The notes beneath the pieces were generated by a model. That model saw nothing but the letters and a program-made list of their open reading frames with translations, was not told where the DNA came from and made no database searches. From the NCBI RefSeq assembly GCF_009914755.1, contig NC_060940.1: a stretch of 64,000 nucleotides of DNA; one strand, 5' to 3'. Below, in pieces: positions 43,901-58,055 of the stretch; within the stretch, counting starts at the first letter, position 1; each line of letters opens with the position of its first letter. The position numbers and the translations under genes are program-made. The DNA is from the human T2T-CHM13v2.0 reference genome, Homo sapiens.

Positions 43901-46900
43901 CCATTTGATGATAATTCCATTTGATTCCATGCGATGATTCTATTCGATTTCATTCAATGATAATTCCATTCAATTCAGTGATTCCTCTGAACTCCATTTG
44001 ATGATGATTCCTTTCAATGATTCCATTCGATTCTGTTCCAAAATGATTCCATTTGAATCCATTTGATGATGATTCCATTAGATTCCATTTGATGATTCCA
44101 TTCGATTCCATTTGACGATGATTCCATTCGATTCCATTTGATGATTCCATTCTATTCTATTCGATGATGATTCCATTCGATTCCATTTGATGATGATTGG
44201 ATTCGATTCCATTTGATGATTTCATTTGATTCCATTCGTTAATGATTTCGATCAACTCCATTCGATGATTCCATTGGATTCCATTCGATAATGATTACAT
44301 CCGAGTCCATTCGATGATTCCATTTGAGCCCGTTCGATAATTCCATTTGAGTCCAATCAATGATTCCATTCATTTCCATTCAATGATTCCATTCGAGTCC
44401 ATTTGATCATTCTGGTAGGGTCCGTTCGATGTTGATTCCATTGGAGTGCATTCGATGATTCCATTCGAGTCCATTTTATGATTTGATTCGAGTCCTTTCG
44501 ATGATTCCATTCGATTCCACTCGATGATGATTTCATTCGAGTCCATTCGACACTTCCAATCGATTCCATTTGATGTTTCCATTCGAGTCCAATTGATGAT
44601 TCCATTCAATTCCATTCGATGATGATTCCGTACGATTCCATTCTGTGATGATTCCATGTGATTGCATTCAATGATGATTCCTTTCGATTGCATTCGATTA
44701 TGATTCATTTCGTGTTCATTCTATGGTTCCACAGGTTTCCATTCGTGTCCATTCCATTATTCCATTCTATTCCATTTGATGATGATTCCATTCGATACCA
44801 TTCATTGGTGATTCCACTCAATTCCATTCAATGATTCCATTCCATTTCTTTCAACAATGATTCCATTACTTTCTAATCGATGATCCACTTGATTCCATTT
44901 GACGACGATTCCATTCTTGTCCATTCGATGATTCCATTTGATTCCATATGATGATGATTCCATTCGATTCCATACGATTATGATTCCATTCGAGTCCATT
45001 CAATGGTGATTCCATTCAATTCCATTCGATGATTCCTTAAGATTCCATTCGATGATGATGGCATTCGATTCCTTTCAATCATTCCCTTTGATTCCATTCA
45101 AAGGTGATTTCATTCAAGTCCATTCGATAATTGCATTCGATTCCATTCTATGATGATTCCATTCGAGTCCATTTGATGATTCCATTCAATTCAAGTCAAT
45201 GACGATTCCATTCGATTCCACTCGATGATTCCATTGGATTCCATTCGATGATGATTCCATTCAAATCCATTCGATAATTCAATTCAAGTCCATTCGATGA
45301 TGATTCCAATCGAATCCATTCAAAGATTCCACTCAATTCCATTCGATGATGATTCCCTTAGATTCCATTCGATGATTCCACTTGATTCCATTTACGATGA
45401 TTCCATTCGATTCCATGTGATGATTCCATTCAATTCTATTCAATGATGTTTCCACTTGATTCCATTCGAACATGATTGCCTTTGATTCCATTCAATGATT
45501 CCATACGGTTCCATTTGATGATGATTCCATTCGAGTGCATTAGATGATTCCATCCGAGTCCATTCGATGATTCCATTCGATTCCATTCGATGTTGATTCT
45601 GTTCAAATCCATTCGATGATTCCACTCGATTCCATTCGATGACTCCATTTGATCCCATTCGATGATTTCCTTTGATTCCCTTTGATGATCATTCCATTTG
45701 ATTCAATTCGGTGATTTCTTTTGTTTCCATTCAGTGATGTTTCCATTCAACTCCTTTCGATGATGATTCCATTCGACTCCATTCGATTATGATTTCATTC
45801 AATTCCATTCGATAATGATTCCCTTCAAGTCCATTCGATGCTTCCATTCGATTCCATTCAACGATGATTTGATTCGTGTCCATTCGATGATTCCATTTGA
45901 TTCCATTTGATGATGATTCCATTCGAGTCCCTTTGATGATTCCATTCAATTCCATTCTCCGATGATTTCTTTTGAGCCCATTCAATGCTTCCACTCGATT
46001 CCATATGATGATGACTCCATTTGATGAAATTCCATGATGATTCCATTCGCTTGCATTCGATGATGATTCCACTTGAGTCCGTTAGAAGATTCTATTCAAT
46101 TACATTCCATGACGATTCTGTCCGAGTCCATTTGATGATTCCATTAGACTCCATTCGACGATGATTCCATTCGATGTTATTCGTTGATGATTCCATTCAA
46201 CTCCATTCGAAGTTTCCATTCGAGTTCATTCTATTATTCCATTAGATTCCATTCGATGATGATTCCATTCGATTCCATTTGATGATTGCATTCTATTTCA
46301 TTTGATGATGATTCCATTCGAGTCCATTCGATGATTCCATTCGAGTCCATTTAATGAATCCATTGGTTTCAATTCTATGATGATTACATTGGATTCCATT
46401 CGTTGATGATTTCATTCGATTCCATTCAATGATGATTCCATTCAATTCCATTCAATGATTCCATTCAATTCCATACGATGATGATTCCATTGGATTTGAT
46501 TCGACAGTGAGCCATTCGATTCAATTCCATGATGATTCTATTTTATTCAATTGGTTGACATTTCCATTCGATTCCATTCGATGATGATTCCCTTTGATTC
46601 CATTCAAAGCTGATTCCATTCTAGCCCATTCAATCATTCCATTCGATTCTATTCAATGATGATTCCATTCATGTCGATTTGGTGATTCCATTTGACTTCA
46701 TTTGATGATGATTCTTTTCAAGTTCATTAGATGATTCCATTCGATTCCATTTGATGATGATCCCATTCGAGTCCATTTGATGATTCCACTCGTTTCCATT
46801 CCATGATGATTCCATTCCATTCCATTCAATGATTCCATTCGATTCCGTTTGATGATGATTTCATTCGAGTCCATTTGATGATTCCATTTGATTCCATTCG

Positions 46901-49900
46901 ATGATGATTACATTCGAGTCCATACGATGATTCCACTCAATTCCATATGATGATGATTCCATTCGATTCCATTCGATGATTCCACTTGATTCCATTTACG
47001 ATGATTCCATTCGATTCCATGTGATGATTCCATTCAGTTCTATTCAATGCTGTTTCCATTTGATTCCATTCGACCATGATTGCCTTTGATTCCATTCAAT
47101 GACTCCATTCGGTTCCTTTTGATGATGATTCCGTTCGATTCCATTTCATTATTCCATTTGATTCCATTGGATGAGTCCATTCGATTACATTCGATGATTA
47201 TTCCATTCGAGTGCATTAGATGATTCCATTCGAGTGCATTCGATGATTCCATTCGATTCCATTCGATGTTGATTCTGTTCAAATCCATTCGATGATTCCA
47301 CTCGATTCCATTCGATGACTCCAGTTGATCCCATTCGATGATTTCCTTTGATTCCCTTTGATGATCATTCCATTTGATTCAATTCGGTGATTTCATTTGA
47401 TTCCATTCAGTGATGTTTCCATTCGACTCCATTCGATGATGATTCCATTCGACTCCATTCGATTATGATTTCATTCAATTCCATTCGATAATGATTCCCT
47501 TCGAGTCCATTCGATGATTCCATTCGATTCCATTCAACGATGATTTGATTCGTGTCCATTCGATGATTCCATTTGATTCCACTTGATGATGATTCCATTC
47601 GAGTCCATTTGATGATTCCATTCAATTCCATTCTCCGATGATTTCTTTTGAGCCCATTCAATGCTTCCACTCGATTCCATATGATGATGACTCCATTCGA
47701 TGAAATTCGATGATGATTCCCTTTGATTCCATTCAAAGATGATTCCATTCTAGCCCATTCAATCATTCCATTCGATTCTATTCAATGATGATTCCATTCA
47801 TGTCGATTTGGTGATTCCATTTGACTTCATTTGATGATGATTCCTTTCAAGTTCATTAGATGATTCCATTCGATTCCATTTGATGATGATCCCATTGGAG
47901 TCCATTCAGTGATTCCACTCGTTTCCATTCCATGATGATTCCATTCCATTCCATTCAATGATTCCATTCGATTCCGTTTGATGATGATTTCATTCGAGTC
48001 CATTTGATGATTCCATTGGATTCCATTCGATGATGATTCCATTCGAGTCCATTCGATGATTCTATTCGAATCCATTTGATGATTTCTTTTGATTATAGTT
48101 GGTGATGATTCCATTGGAGTCCATTCAATGATTCCATTCGATTCCAATCGATGGTGATTCCATTAGAGTCCATTTAACGATTCCATTTGATTCCAGTCTC
48201 TGATGATTACATTCGAGTCCATACGATGATTCCACTCAATTCCATATGATGATGATTCCATTCTATTCCATTCGATGATTCCATTCTATTCTATTCAATG
48301 GTGATTCCATTCGAGTACATTAGATGATTCCATTCGATTCCATTCAATGATGATTCTATTTGTGTCCCTTAGATGGTTCCACATGATTCCATTTCATGAT
48401 GATACTATTTGAGCCCATCCAATGACTCCCTTCGATTCCATTCGATGAGGATTCCATTCGATTCAATTCATTGGTGATTCTATTCAATTCAATTCTTTGA
48501 TTCCATTCCATTCCATTCGACAATGATTCCATTCGATTTCTTTCGATGATTCCACTCGATTCCACTTGACATTGATTCCATTCGATTCCATTCAATGATT
48601 CCGTTTGATTCCAGTGGATGATGATTGCCGTCGATTCCATTCGATCACTCCATTCTATTCCATTTGATGATGATTACATTCGATTCCATTTGATGATTCC
48701 ATCTGATTCTATTCGAGGATTCCATTTGATTCCATTCGATGATGATTCCATTCGAGTGCATTCGATGATTTCATTCGAGTACATCCAATGATTCCATTCG
48801 AGTCCATTTGATGATTCCATTTGATTCAATTTGATTATGATTCTACTAGAGTCCATTCAATGACTCCATTCGAATCCATTCAACAATTCCATTCGAGGCC
48901 ATTCGATGATTCCATTTCATGATTCCATTCGAGTCCATTTAATCATTACAGTCGAGTCCATTTGGTGATTCCACTGGATTTCTTTTGATAATGATACCAT
49001 TCAATTACATTTGATGATGATCCCATTCAATTTCATTTGATGGTGATTCCATTAGAGTCCATTCGATGATTTCATTCGAGTCCCTTCATTGATTCCATCC
49101 GATTTCATTGGATGATGACTCCATTCGAGTCCATTCGATGATTCCACTCGATTCCATTAGATGACTCCATTGGAGTCCATTTGATTGTTCCATTCGATTC
49201 TATTCGATTCCTTTCGAAGATTATTCCATTTGAGTCCATTCGATGATGATTCCATTCCATTCCATTCGATGATTCCGTTTGATTCCATTCGATGATTCCC
49301 TTCGATTCCTTTCTTTGATGATTCCATTCCATTCCATTCAATGATTCCATTCGAATCTATTCCATGATGATTCCTTTCGATTCCATTCGCTGATGTTTCC
49401 GTTCAATTCCATTCGATGATGATTCCATTCGATTCCATTCATTGAGGATTCCATTTGATTCCATTCAATGATGATTCCGTTCTATTCCATTCAATGATTG
49501 CATTCAATTCCATTCAATGATTATCCCCTTAGAGTAAACTCAACGATTCCATTCAATACCATTCGATGATGATTCCTTTTGAGTCCATTCAATGATTTCA
49601 TTCAAGTCCATTTGATGATTCCTTTCAATTCCATTCTATGATGATTCCATTCGAGTCCATTCGATGATTCCATTCGATTGCATTCGATGATTCCATTATA
49701 TTCCATTCAACGATGATTCCATTCGAGTCCATTCGATGATTCCATTAGAGTACATTTAATGATTGCTTTGTTTTCAATTCGAAGATGATTACATTGGATT
49801 CCATTCTATGATACCATTCGATTCCATTCAATGATGATTCCACTCAAATCCATTGGATGATTCCATTCGTGTCCATTCGGTGATTTCATTAGATTCCATT

Positions 49901-51884
49901 CGAGGATGATTCCATTCGATTCCATTCGATGATTCCATTCAATTCCATTCGATGATGATTCCATTCCAGTCCATATGATCATTCCATTTGATTTCATTCG
50001 ATGATGATTCCATTCGATTCCATTCGATGATTCCATTCTATTCCATTCGATGATGATTCCATTCGAGTCCATTCGATGATTCCATTCGAGTCCATTTAAT
50101 GATTCCATTGGGTTCAATTCAATGATGATTACATTGGATTCCGTTCTATGATTCCATTCAATTCCGTTCATTGACTATTTGATTCCATTCGATGATGATT
50201 CCATTTGAGTTCATTCGATGATTCTATTCGATTCTCTTCGATGGTGATTCAATTCTATTATATTGGATGATTCCATTCGATTCCATTTGATGTTGATTCA
50301 ATTCGATTCTATTCGATGATGATTCCATTGGATTTCACTTGATGATTCTATTCGATTCCATTCAATGATGATTCACTTCTCGTCCATTGGATGATTCCAT
50401 TTCATTCCATTCGATGATGATTCCATTCGATTCCATTCGATGATTCCATTTGATTCCATGCGACGGTGAGCAATTCGATTCAATTCCATGATGATTCTAT
50501 TTGATTCAATTAGATGATGTTTCCATTCGAATCCATTCCATGATTATTCCATTGGAATCCATTTGGCGATGATTCCATATGAGTCAATTCAATGATGATT
50601 CCATATGGGTCCGTTCGATGATAATTCCATTTGATTTCATTCGATGCTTCTATTCTATTCCAGTCGATGATGATTCCGTTGGAGTCCATACGATGATTCC
50701 ATTTGATTTCATTTGATGATGATTCCATTCGATGATGATTACATTGGATTCCATTCTATGATTCCATTCAATTCCATTCGTTGATGATTCGATTCCATTC
50801 AATGATGATTCCATTTGAGTTCATTCGATGATTCTATTCGATTCCGTTCGATGGTGATTCAATTCTCTTATATTGGATGATTCCACTCGATTCCATTTGA
50901 TGATTATTCCATTGGAGTCCACTTAGTGAATCCTTTAGATTCTACTCGAAGATGATTCCATTCGAGTCCATTCGATGATACCATTCAATTCCATTCGTTG
51001 ATGCTTCCATTCAAGTGCATTCGATGATATCATTCGATTCCATTTGATGATAATTCCATTTGATTCCATGCGATGATTCTATTCGATTTCATTCAATGAT
51101 AATTCCATTCAATTCAGTGATTCCTCTGAACTCCATTTGATGATGATTCCTTTCAATGATTCCATTCGATTCTGTTCCAAAATGATTCCATTTGAATCCA
51201 TTTGATGATGATTCCATTAGATTCCATTTGATGATTCCATTCGATTCCATTTGACGATGATTCCATTCGATTCCATTTGATGATTCCATTCTATTCTATT
51301 CGATGATGATTCCATTCGATTCCATTTGATGATGATTGGATTCGATTCCATTTGATGATTTCATTTGATTCCATTCGTTAATGATTTCGATCAACTCCAT
51401 TCGATGATTCCATTGGATTCCATTCGATAATGATTACATCCGAGTCCATTCGATGATTCCATTTGAGCCCGTTCGATAATTCCATTTGAGTCCAATCAAT
51501 GATTCCATTCATTTCCATTCAATGATTCCATTCGAGTCCATTTGATCATTCTGGTAGGGTCCGTTCGATGTTGATTCCATTGGAGTGCATTCGATGATTC
51601 CATTCGAGTCCATTTTATGATTTGATTCGAGTCCTTTCGATGATTCCATTCGATTCCACTCGATGATGATTTCATTCGAGTCCATTCGACACTTCCAATC
51701 GATTCCATTTGATGTTTCCATTCGAGTCCAATTGATGATTCCATTCAATTCCATTCGATGATGATTCCGTACGATTCCATTCTGTGATGATTCCATGTGA
51801 TTGCATTCAATGATGATTCCTTTCGATTGCATTCGATTATGATTCATTTCGTGTTCATTCTATGGTTCCACAGGTTTCCATTCG
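37940..51884 (+). repeat. Near-identical tandem duplication with a 7139-bp period (about 37940-44745 and 45079-51884)
   Basis: About 15 identical ORF artefacts at exactly +7139 (38297/45436 through 44370/51509). Confidence 0.95.
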
Positions 51885-54800
51885 ATGACGTTTCCGTTCG
51901 TGTCCATTCCATTATTCCATTCTATTTCATTTGATGATGATTCCATTCGATTCCATTCATTGGTGATTCCACTCAATTCCATTCAATGATTCCATTCCAT
52001 TTCTTTCAACAATGATTCCATTAGTTTCTATTCGATGATCCACTTGATTCCATTTGGCGATGATTCCATTCGTGTCCATTCGATGATTCCATTTGATTCC
52101 ATATGATGATGATCCCATTCGATTCCATACCATGATGATTCCATTCGAGTCCATTCAATGGTGATTCCATTCAATTCCATTCGATGATTCCTTCCGATTC
52201 CATTCTATGATGATGGCATTCGATTCCTTTCAATCATTCCCTTTGATTCCATTCAAAGATGATTTCATTCAAGTCCGTTCGATAATTTCATTTGATTCCA
52301 TTCTATGATGATTCCATTCGAGTCCATTTGATGATTCCATTCAATTCAAGTCAATGATGATTCCATTCAATTCCACTCGATGATTCCATTGGATTCCATT
52401 CGATGATGATTCCATTCAAATCCATTCGATAATTCAATTCAAGTCCATTCGATGATGATTCCAATCGAATCCATTCAAAGATTCCATTCAATTCCATTCG
52501 ATGATGATTCCCTTAGATTCCATTCGATGATTCCACTTGATTCCATTTACGATGATTCCATTCGATTCCATGTGATGAATCCATTCAATTCTATTCAATG
52601 ATGTTTCCATTTGATTCCATTGGACCATGATTGCCTTTGATTCCATTCAATGATTCCATTCGGTTCCATTTGATGATGATTCCGTTCGATTCCATTTCAT
52701 TATTCCATTTGATTCCATTGGATGAGTCCATTCGATTACATTCGATGATTATTCCATTCGAGTGCATTAGATGATTGCATTCGAGTCCATTCGATGATTC
52801 CATTCGATTCCATTCGATGTTGATTCTGTTCAAATCCATTCGATGATTCCACTCGATTCCATTCGATGACTCCATTTGATCCCATTCGATGATTTCCTGT
52901 GATTCCCTTTGATGATCATTCTATTTGATTCAATTCGGTGATTTCATTTCATTCCATTCAGTGATGTTTCCATTCGACTGTATTCGATGATGATTCCATT
53001 CGACTCCATTCGATTATGATTTCATTCAATTCCATTCAATAATGATTCCCTTCGAGTCCATTCGATGATTCCATTCGATTCCATTCAACGATGATTTGAT
53101 TCGTTTCCATTCGATGATTCCATTTGATTCCACTTGATGATGATTCCATTCGAGTCCATTTGATGATTCCATTCGAGTCTATTTATGTATTATATTCGTG
53201 TCCACTTCATGATTCCATTCAATTCCATTTAATGTTGATTCCATTTGATTCCATTTGATGATTCAGTTCGATTCCTTGCAATGATTCCCTACGATTCCTT
53301 TCTATGATGATTCCATTCGATTCCATTCATTGATGATTTCATTCGACTCCATTCGATGATGATTCCTTACGTTTCCATTTGACGATGTTTCCCTTCGAGT
53401 CCATTCGATGATGATTCTATTCAATTCTGTTCTATTATGATTCCATTCGATTTCATTCAATGCTTCTATTTGATTCCATTCGATGATGATTCCATCTCTT
53501 TCCCTTCGATGATTCCATTTGATTCCATTCAGTGATGATTCCATTTGATTCCATCTGATGATGATTTCACTTGATTCCTTTCAATGATGATTCAATTCAA
53601 GTCCATTCGATGATTCCATTGGAGTCCAAACGATCATTCCGTTCGATTCCATTCAATGGTGATTCCATTCATGTCCATTCGATGAATCCATTCAATTCCA
53701 TTCGATGATGACTCCATTCGAGTACATTCGATGATTCCATTTGATTCCATTTGAAGATGATTCCATTCAATTCCATTCGAAGATGATTCCATTCAATTCC
53801 ATTCGATGATGATTCCGTATGAATCCATTCTCTGATTATTCCATTCGATTCCATTCATTGACGATTCCATTCAATTCCATTCAATGATGATTCTCTTCTA
53901 TTCCATTCGATGATTCCGGTCGATTCCATTCGATGATGATTCCATTAGATTCCATTCGATTGTTGCATTCGATTCCCTTCGATGATGATTCCTTTGAATT
54001 CCATTCGATTATCATTCCGTATGAATCCATTTGATGATTATTCCATTGGATTCCTTTCGATGATGATTCCATTCGATTCCATTTGATGATGTTTCTCTTG
54101 TATTCCATTGGATAATTCCTTTCAGTTCCCTTCGATGATTATTCTTTCGAGTCAATTCGATGATTCTATTCCATTCCCTTCGATGATGATTCCATTTCAC
54201 TCCATTTGATGATTCCATTCGACTCAATTTGGTGATGATTCAATTCGATGACATTCGATGACTCCATTCAATTTCATTTGATGATGATTACATTCGAGTC
54301 CATTTGATGATTGTATTCCTTTCCTTTTGATGATTATTCCATTCGTGTCTATTCAAAGATTCCATTCTATTCCATTCAATGATGATTGCATTTGATTCCA
54401 TTCAATGATTATGGCTATCGATTCCACTCGTTGATTCCATTTGATTCCGTTCGATGATTATTCCGTTAGATTCCATTAGAAGATTCCATTCGATTTTATT
54501 CAATGATTCCAATGGATTCCATTCAATGATGATTCCATTCGACTCCATTCAGTGATTCCATTCGAGTCCATTTGATGATTCCATTCTTTTCCATTTGATG
54601 ATGATTCCATTAGGGTCCATTCAATGATTCCATTCGAGTCCATTCGTTAATGCCTTTCGAGTCCTTTTGATCACTACATTCGAGTCCATTCAATGATTCT
54701 ATTCGATTCCATTCCATGATGATTCCATTCGAGTTCATTCGATGATTGCATTCGAGTCCATTTGATGATTCCATATGATTCCCTTCGACAATGATTCCAT

Positions 54801-55370
54801 TCGTGTCCATTTGATGATTCCATTCATTTCCTATCGATGAAGATTCCATTCAAGTGTATTCGATGATTCCATTCAAATCCATTCGATGATGATTCCATTC
54901 CAGTCCATTCGATCATTCCACTTGATTCCATTTGATGACTATTCCATTCAAATCCATTTGATGATTCCATTCTATTCCATTCGATGTTACCATTCGAGTA
55001 TATACGATGATTCCACTCGATTCCATTTGATGATTATTCCATTGGAGTCCACTTAGTGAATCCTTTAGATTCTACTCGAAGATGATTCCATTCGAGTCCA
55101 TTCGATGATACCATTCAATTCCATTCGTTGATGCTTCCATTCAAGTGCATTCGATGATATCATTCGATTCCATTTGATGATAATTCCATTTGATTCCATG
55201 CGATGATTCTATTCGATTCCATTCAATGATAATTCCATTCAATTCAGTGATTCCTCTGGACTCCATTTGATGATGATTCCATTCAATGATTCCATTCGAT
55301 TCTATTCCAAAATGATTCCATTTGAATCCATTTGATGATGATTCCATTAGATTCCATTTGATGATTCCAT
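49921..55370 (+). repeat. Dispersed close copy of about 31500-36950 (offset 18421)
   Basis: ORF offsets 32089/50510, 33075/51496, 33536/51957, 34170/52591, 35460/53881 and 36189/54610. The 16-bp insertion gatgacgtttccgttc is shared at about 33463 and 51884. Confidence 0.88.
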
Positions 55371-57643
55371 TCGATTCCATTTGACGATGATTCCATTCGA
55401 TTCCATTTGATGATTCCATTCTATTCTATTCGATGATGATTCCATTCGATTCCATTCGATGATGATTGGATTCGATTCCATTTGATGATTTCATTTGATT
55501 CCATTCGTTAATGATTTCGATCAATTCCATTCGATGATTCTATTCGATTCCATTCGATAATGATTACATCCGAGTCCATTCAGTGATTCCATTCGAGTCC
55601 ATTTGATGATTCCATTCTTTTCCATTTGATGATGATTCCATTAGGGTCCATTCAATGATTCCATTCGAGTCCATTCGTTAATGCCTTTCGAGTCCTTTTG
55701 ATCACTACATTCGAGTCCATTCAATGATTCTATTCGATTCCATTCCATGATGATTCCATTCGAGTTCATTCGATGATTGCATTCGAGTCCATTTGATGAT
55801 TCCATATGATTCCCTTCGACAATGATTCCATTCAAGTCCATTTGATGATTCCATTCATTTCCTATCGATGAAGATTCCATTCAAGTGTATTCGATGATTC
55901 CATTCAAATCCATTCGATGATGATTCCATTCCAGTCCATTCGATCATTCCACTTGACTCCATTTGATGACTATTCCATTCAAATCCATTTGATGATTCCA
56001 TTCTATTCCATTCGATGTTACCATTCGAGTATATACGATGATTCCACTCGATTCCATTTGATGATTATTCCATTGGAGTCCACTTAGTGAATCCTTTAGA
56101 TTCTACTCGAAGATGATTCCATTCGAGTCCATTCGATGATACCATTCAATTCCATTCGTTGATGCTTCCATTCAAGTGCATTCGATGATATCATTCGATT
56201 CCATTTGATGATAATTCCATTTGATTCCATGCGATGATTCTATTCGATTCCATTCAATGATAATTCCATTCAATTCAGTGATTCCTCTGGACTCCATTTG
56301 ATGATGATTCCATTCAATGATTCCATTCGATTCTATTCCAAAATGATTCCATTTGAATCCATTTGATGATGATTCCATTAGATTCCATTTGATGATTCCA
56401 TTCGATTCCATTTGACGATGATTCCATTCGATTCCATTTGATGATTCCATTCTATTCTATTCGATGATGATTCCATTCGATTCCATTCGATGATGATTGG
56501 ATTCGATTCCATTTGATGATTTCATTTGATTCCATTCGTTAATGATTTCGATCAATTCCATTCGATGATTCCATTCGATTCCATTCGATAATGATTACAT
56601 CCGAGTCCATTCAGTGATTCCATTCGAGTCCATTTGATGATTCCATTCTTTTCCATTTGATGATGATTCCATTAGGGTCCATTCAATGATTCCATTCGAG
56701 TCCATTCGTTAATGCCTTTCGAGTCCTTTTGATCACTACATTCGAGTCCATTCAATGATTCTATTCGATTCCATTCCATGATGATTCCATTCGAGTTCAT
56801 TCGATGATTGCATTCGAGTCCATTTGATGATTCCATATGATTCCCTTCGACAATGATTCCATTCGTGTCCATTTGATGATTCCATTCATTTCCTATCGAT
56901 GAAGATTCCATTCAAGTGTATTCGATGATTCCATTCAAATCCATTCGATGATGATTCCATTCCAGTCCATTCGATCATTCCACTTGATTCCATTTGATGA
57001 CTATTCCATTCAAATCCATTTGATGATTCCATTCTATTCCATTCGATGTTACCATTCGAGTATATACGATGATTCCACTCGATTCCATTTGATGATTATT
57101 CCATTGGAGTCCACTTAGTGAATCCTTTAGATTCTACTCGAAGATGATTCCATTCGAGTCCATTCGATGATACCATTCAATTCCATTCGTTGATGCTTCC
57201 ATTCAAGTGCATTCGATGATATCATTCGATTCCATTTGATGATAATTCCATTTGATTCCATGCGATGATTCTATTCGATTCCATTCAATGATAATTCCAT
57301 TCAATTCAGTGATTCCTCTGGACTCCATTTGATGATGATTCCATTCAATGATTCCATTCGATTCTATTCCAAAATGATTCCATTTGAATCCATTTGATGA
57401 TGATTCCATTAGATTCCATTTGATGATTCCATTCGATTCCATTTGACGATGATTCCATTCGATTCCATTTGATGATTCCATTCTATTCTATTCGATGATG
57501 ATTCCATTCGATTCCATTCGATGATGATTGGATTCGATTCCATTTGATGATTTCATTTGATTCCATTCGTTAATGATTTCGATCAATTCCATTCGATGAT
57601 TCCATTCGATTCCATTCGATAATGATTACATCCGAGTCCATTC
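54551..57643 (+). repeat. 1031-bp tandem triplication inside an S unit
   Basis: ORF offsets 54610/55641/56672 and 55141/56172/57203. The novel junction acatccgagtccattc|agtgattcc occurs at 55581 and 56612. Confidence 0.96.
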
Positions 57644-58055
57644 GGTGATTCCATTTGAGCCTGTTCGATAATTCCATTTGAGTCCAACCAATGATTCCAT
57701 TCATTTCCATTCAATGATTCCATTCGAGTCCATTTGATCATTCCGGTATTGTCCATTCGATGTTGATTCCATTGGAGTGCATTCGATGATTCCATTCGAG
57801 TCCATTTTATGATTTGATTCGAGTCCTTTCGATGATTCCATTCGATTCCACTCGATGATGATTTCATTAGAGTCCATTCGACACTTCCAATCGATTCCAT
57901 TTGATGTTTCCATTCGAGTCCAATTGATGATTCCATTCAATTCCATTCGATGATGATTCCGTACGATTCCATTCTGTGATGATTCCATGTGATTGCATTC
58001 AATGATGATTCCTTTCGATTGCATTCGATTATGATTCATTTCGTGTTCATTCTAT

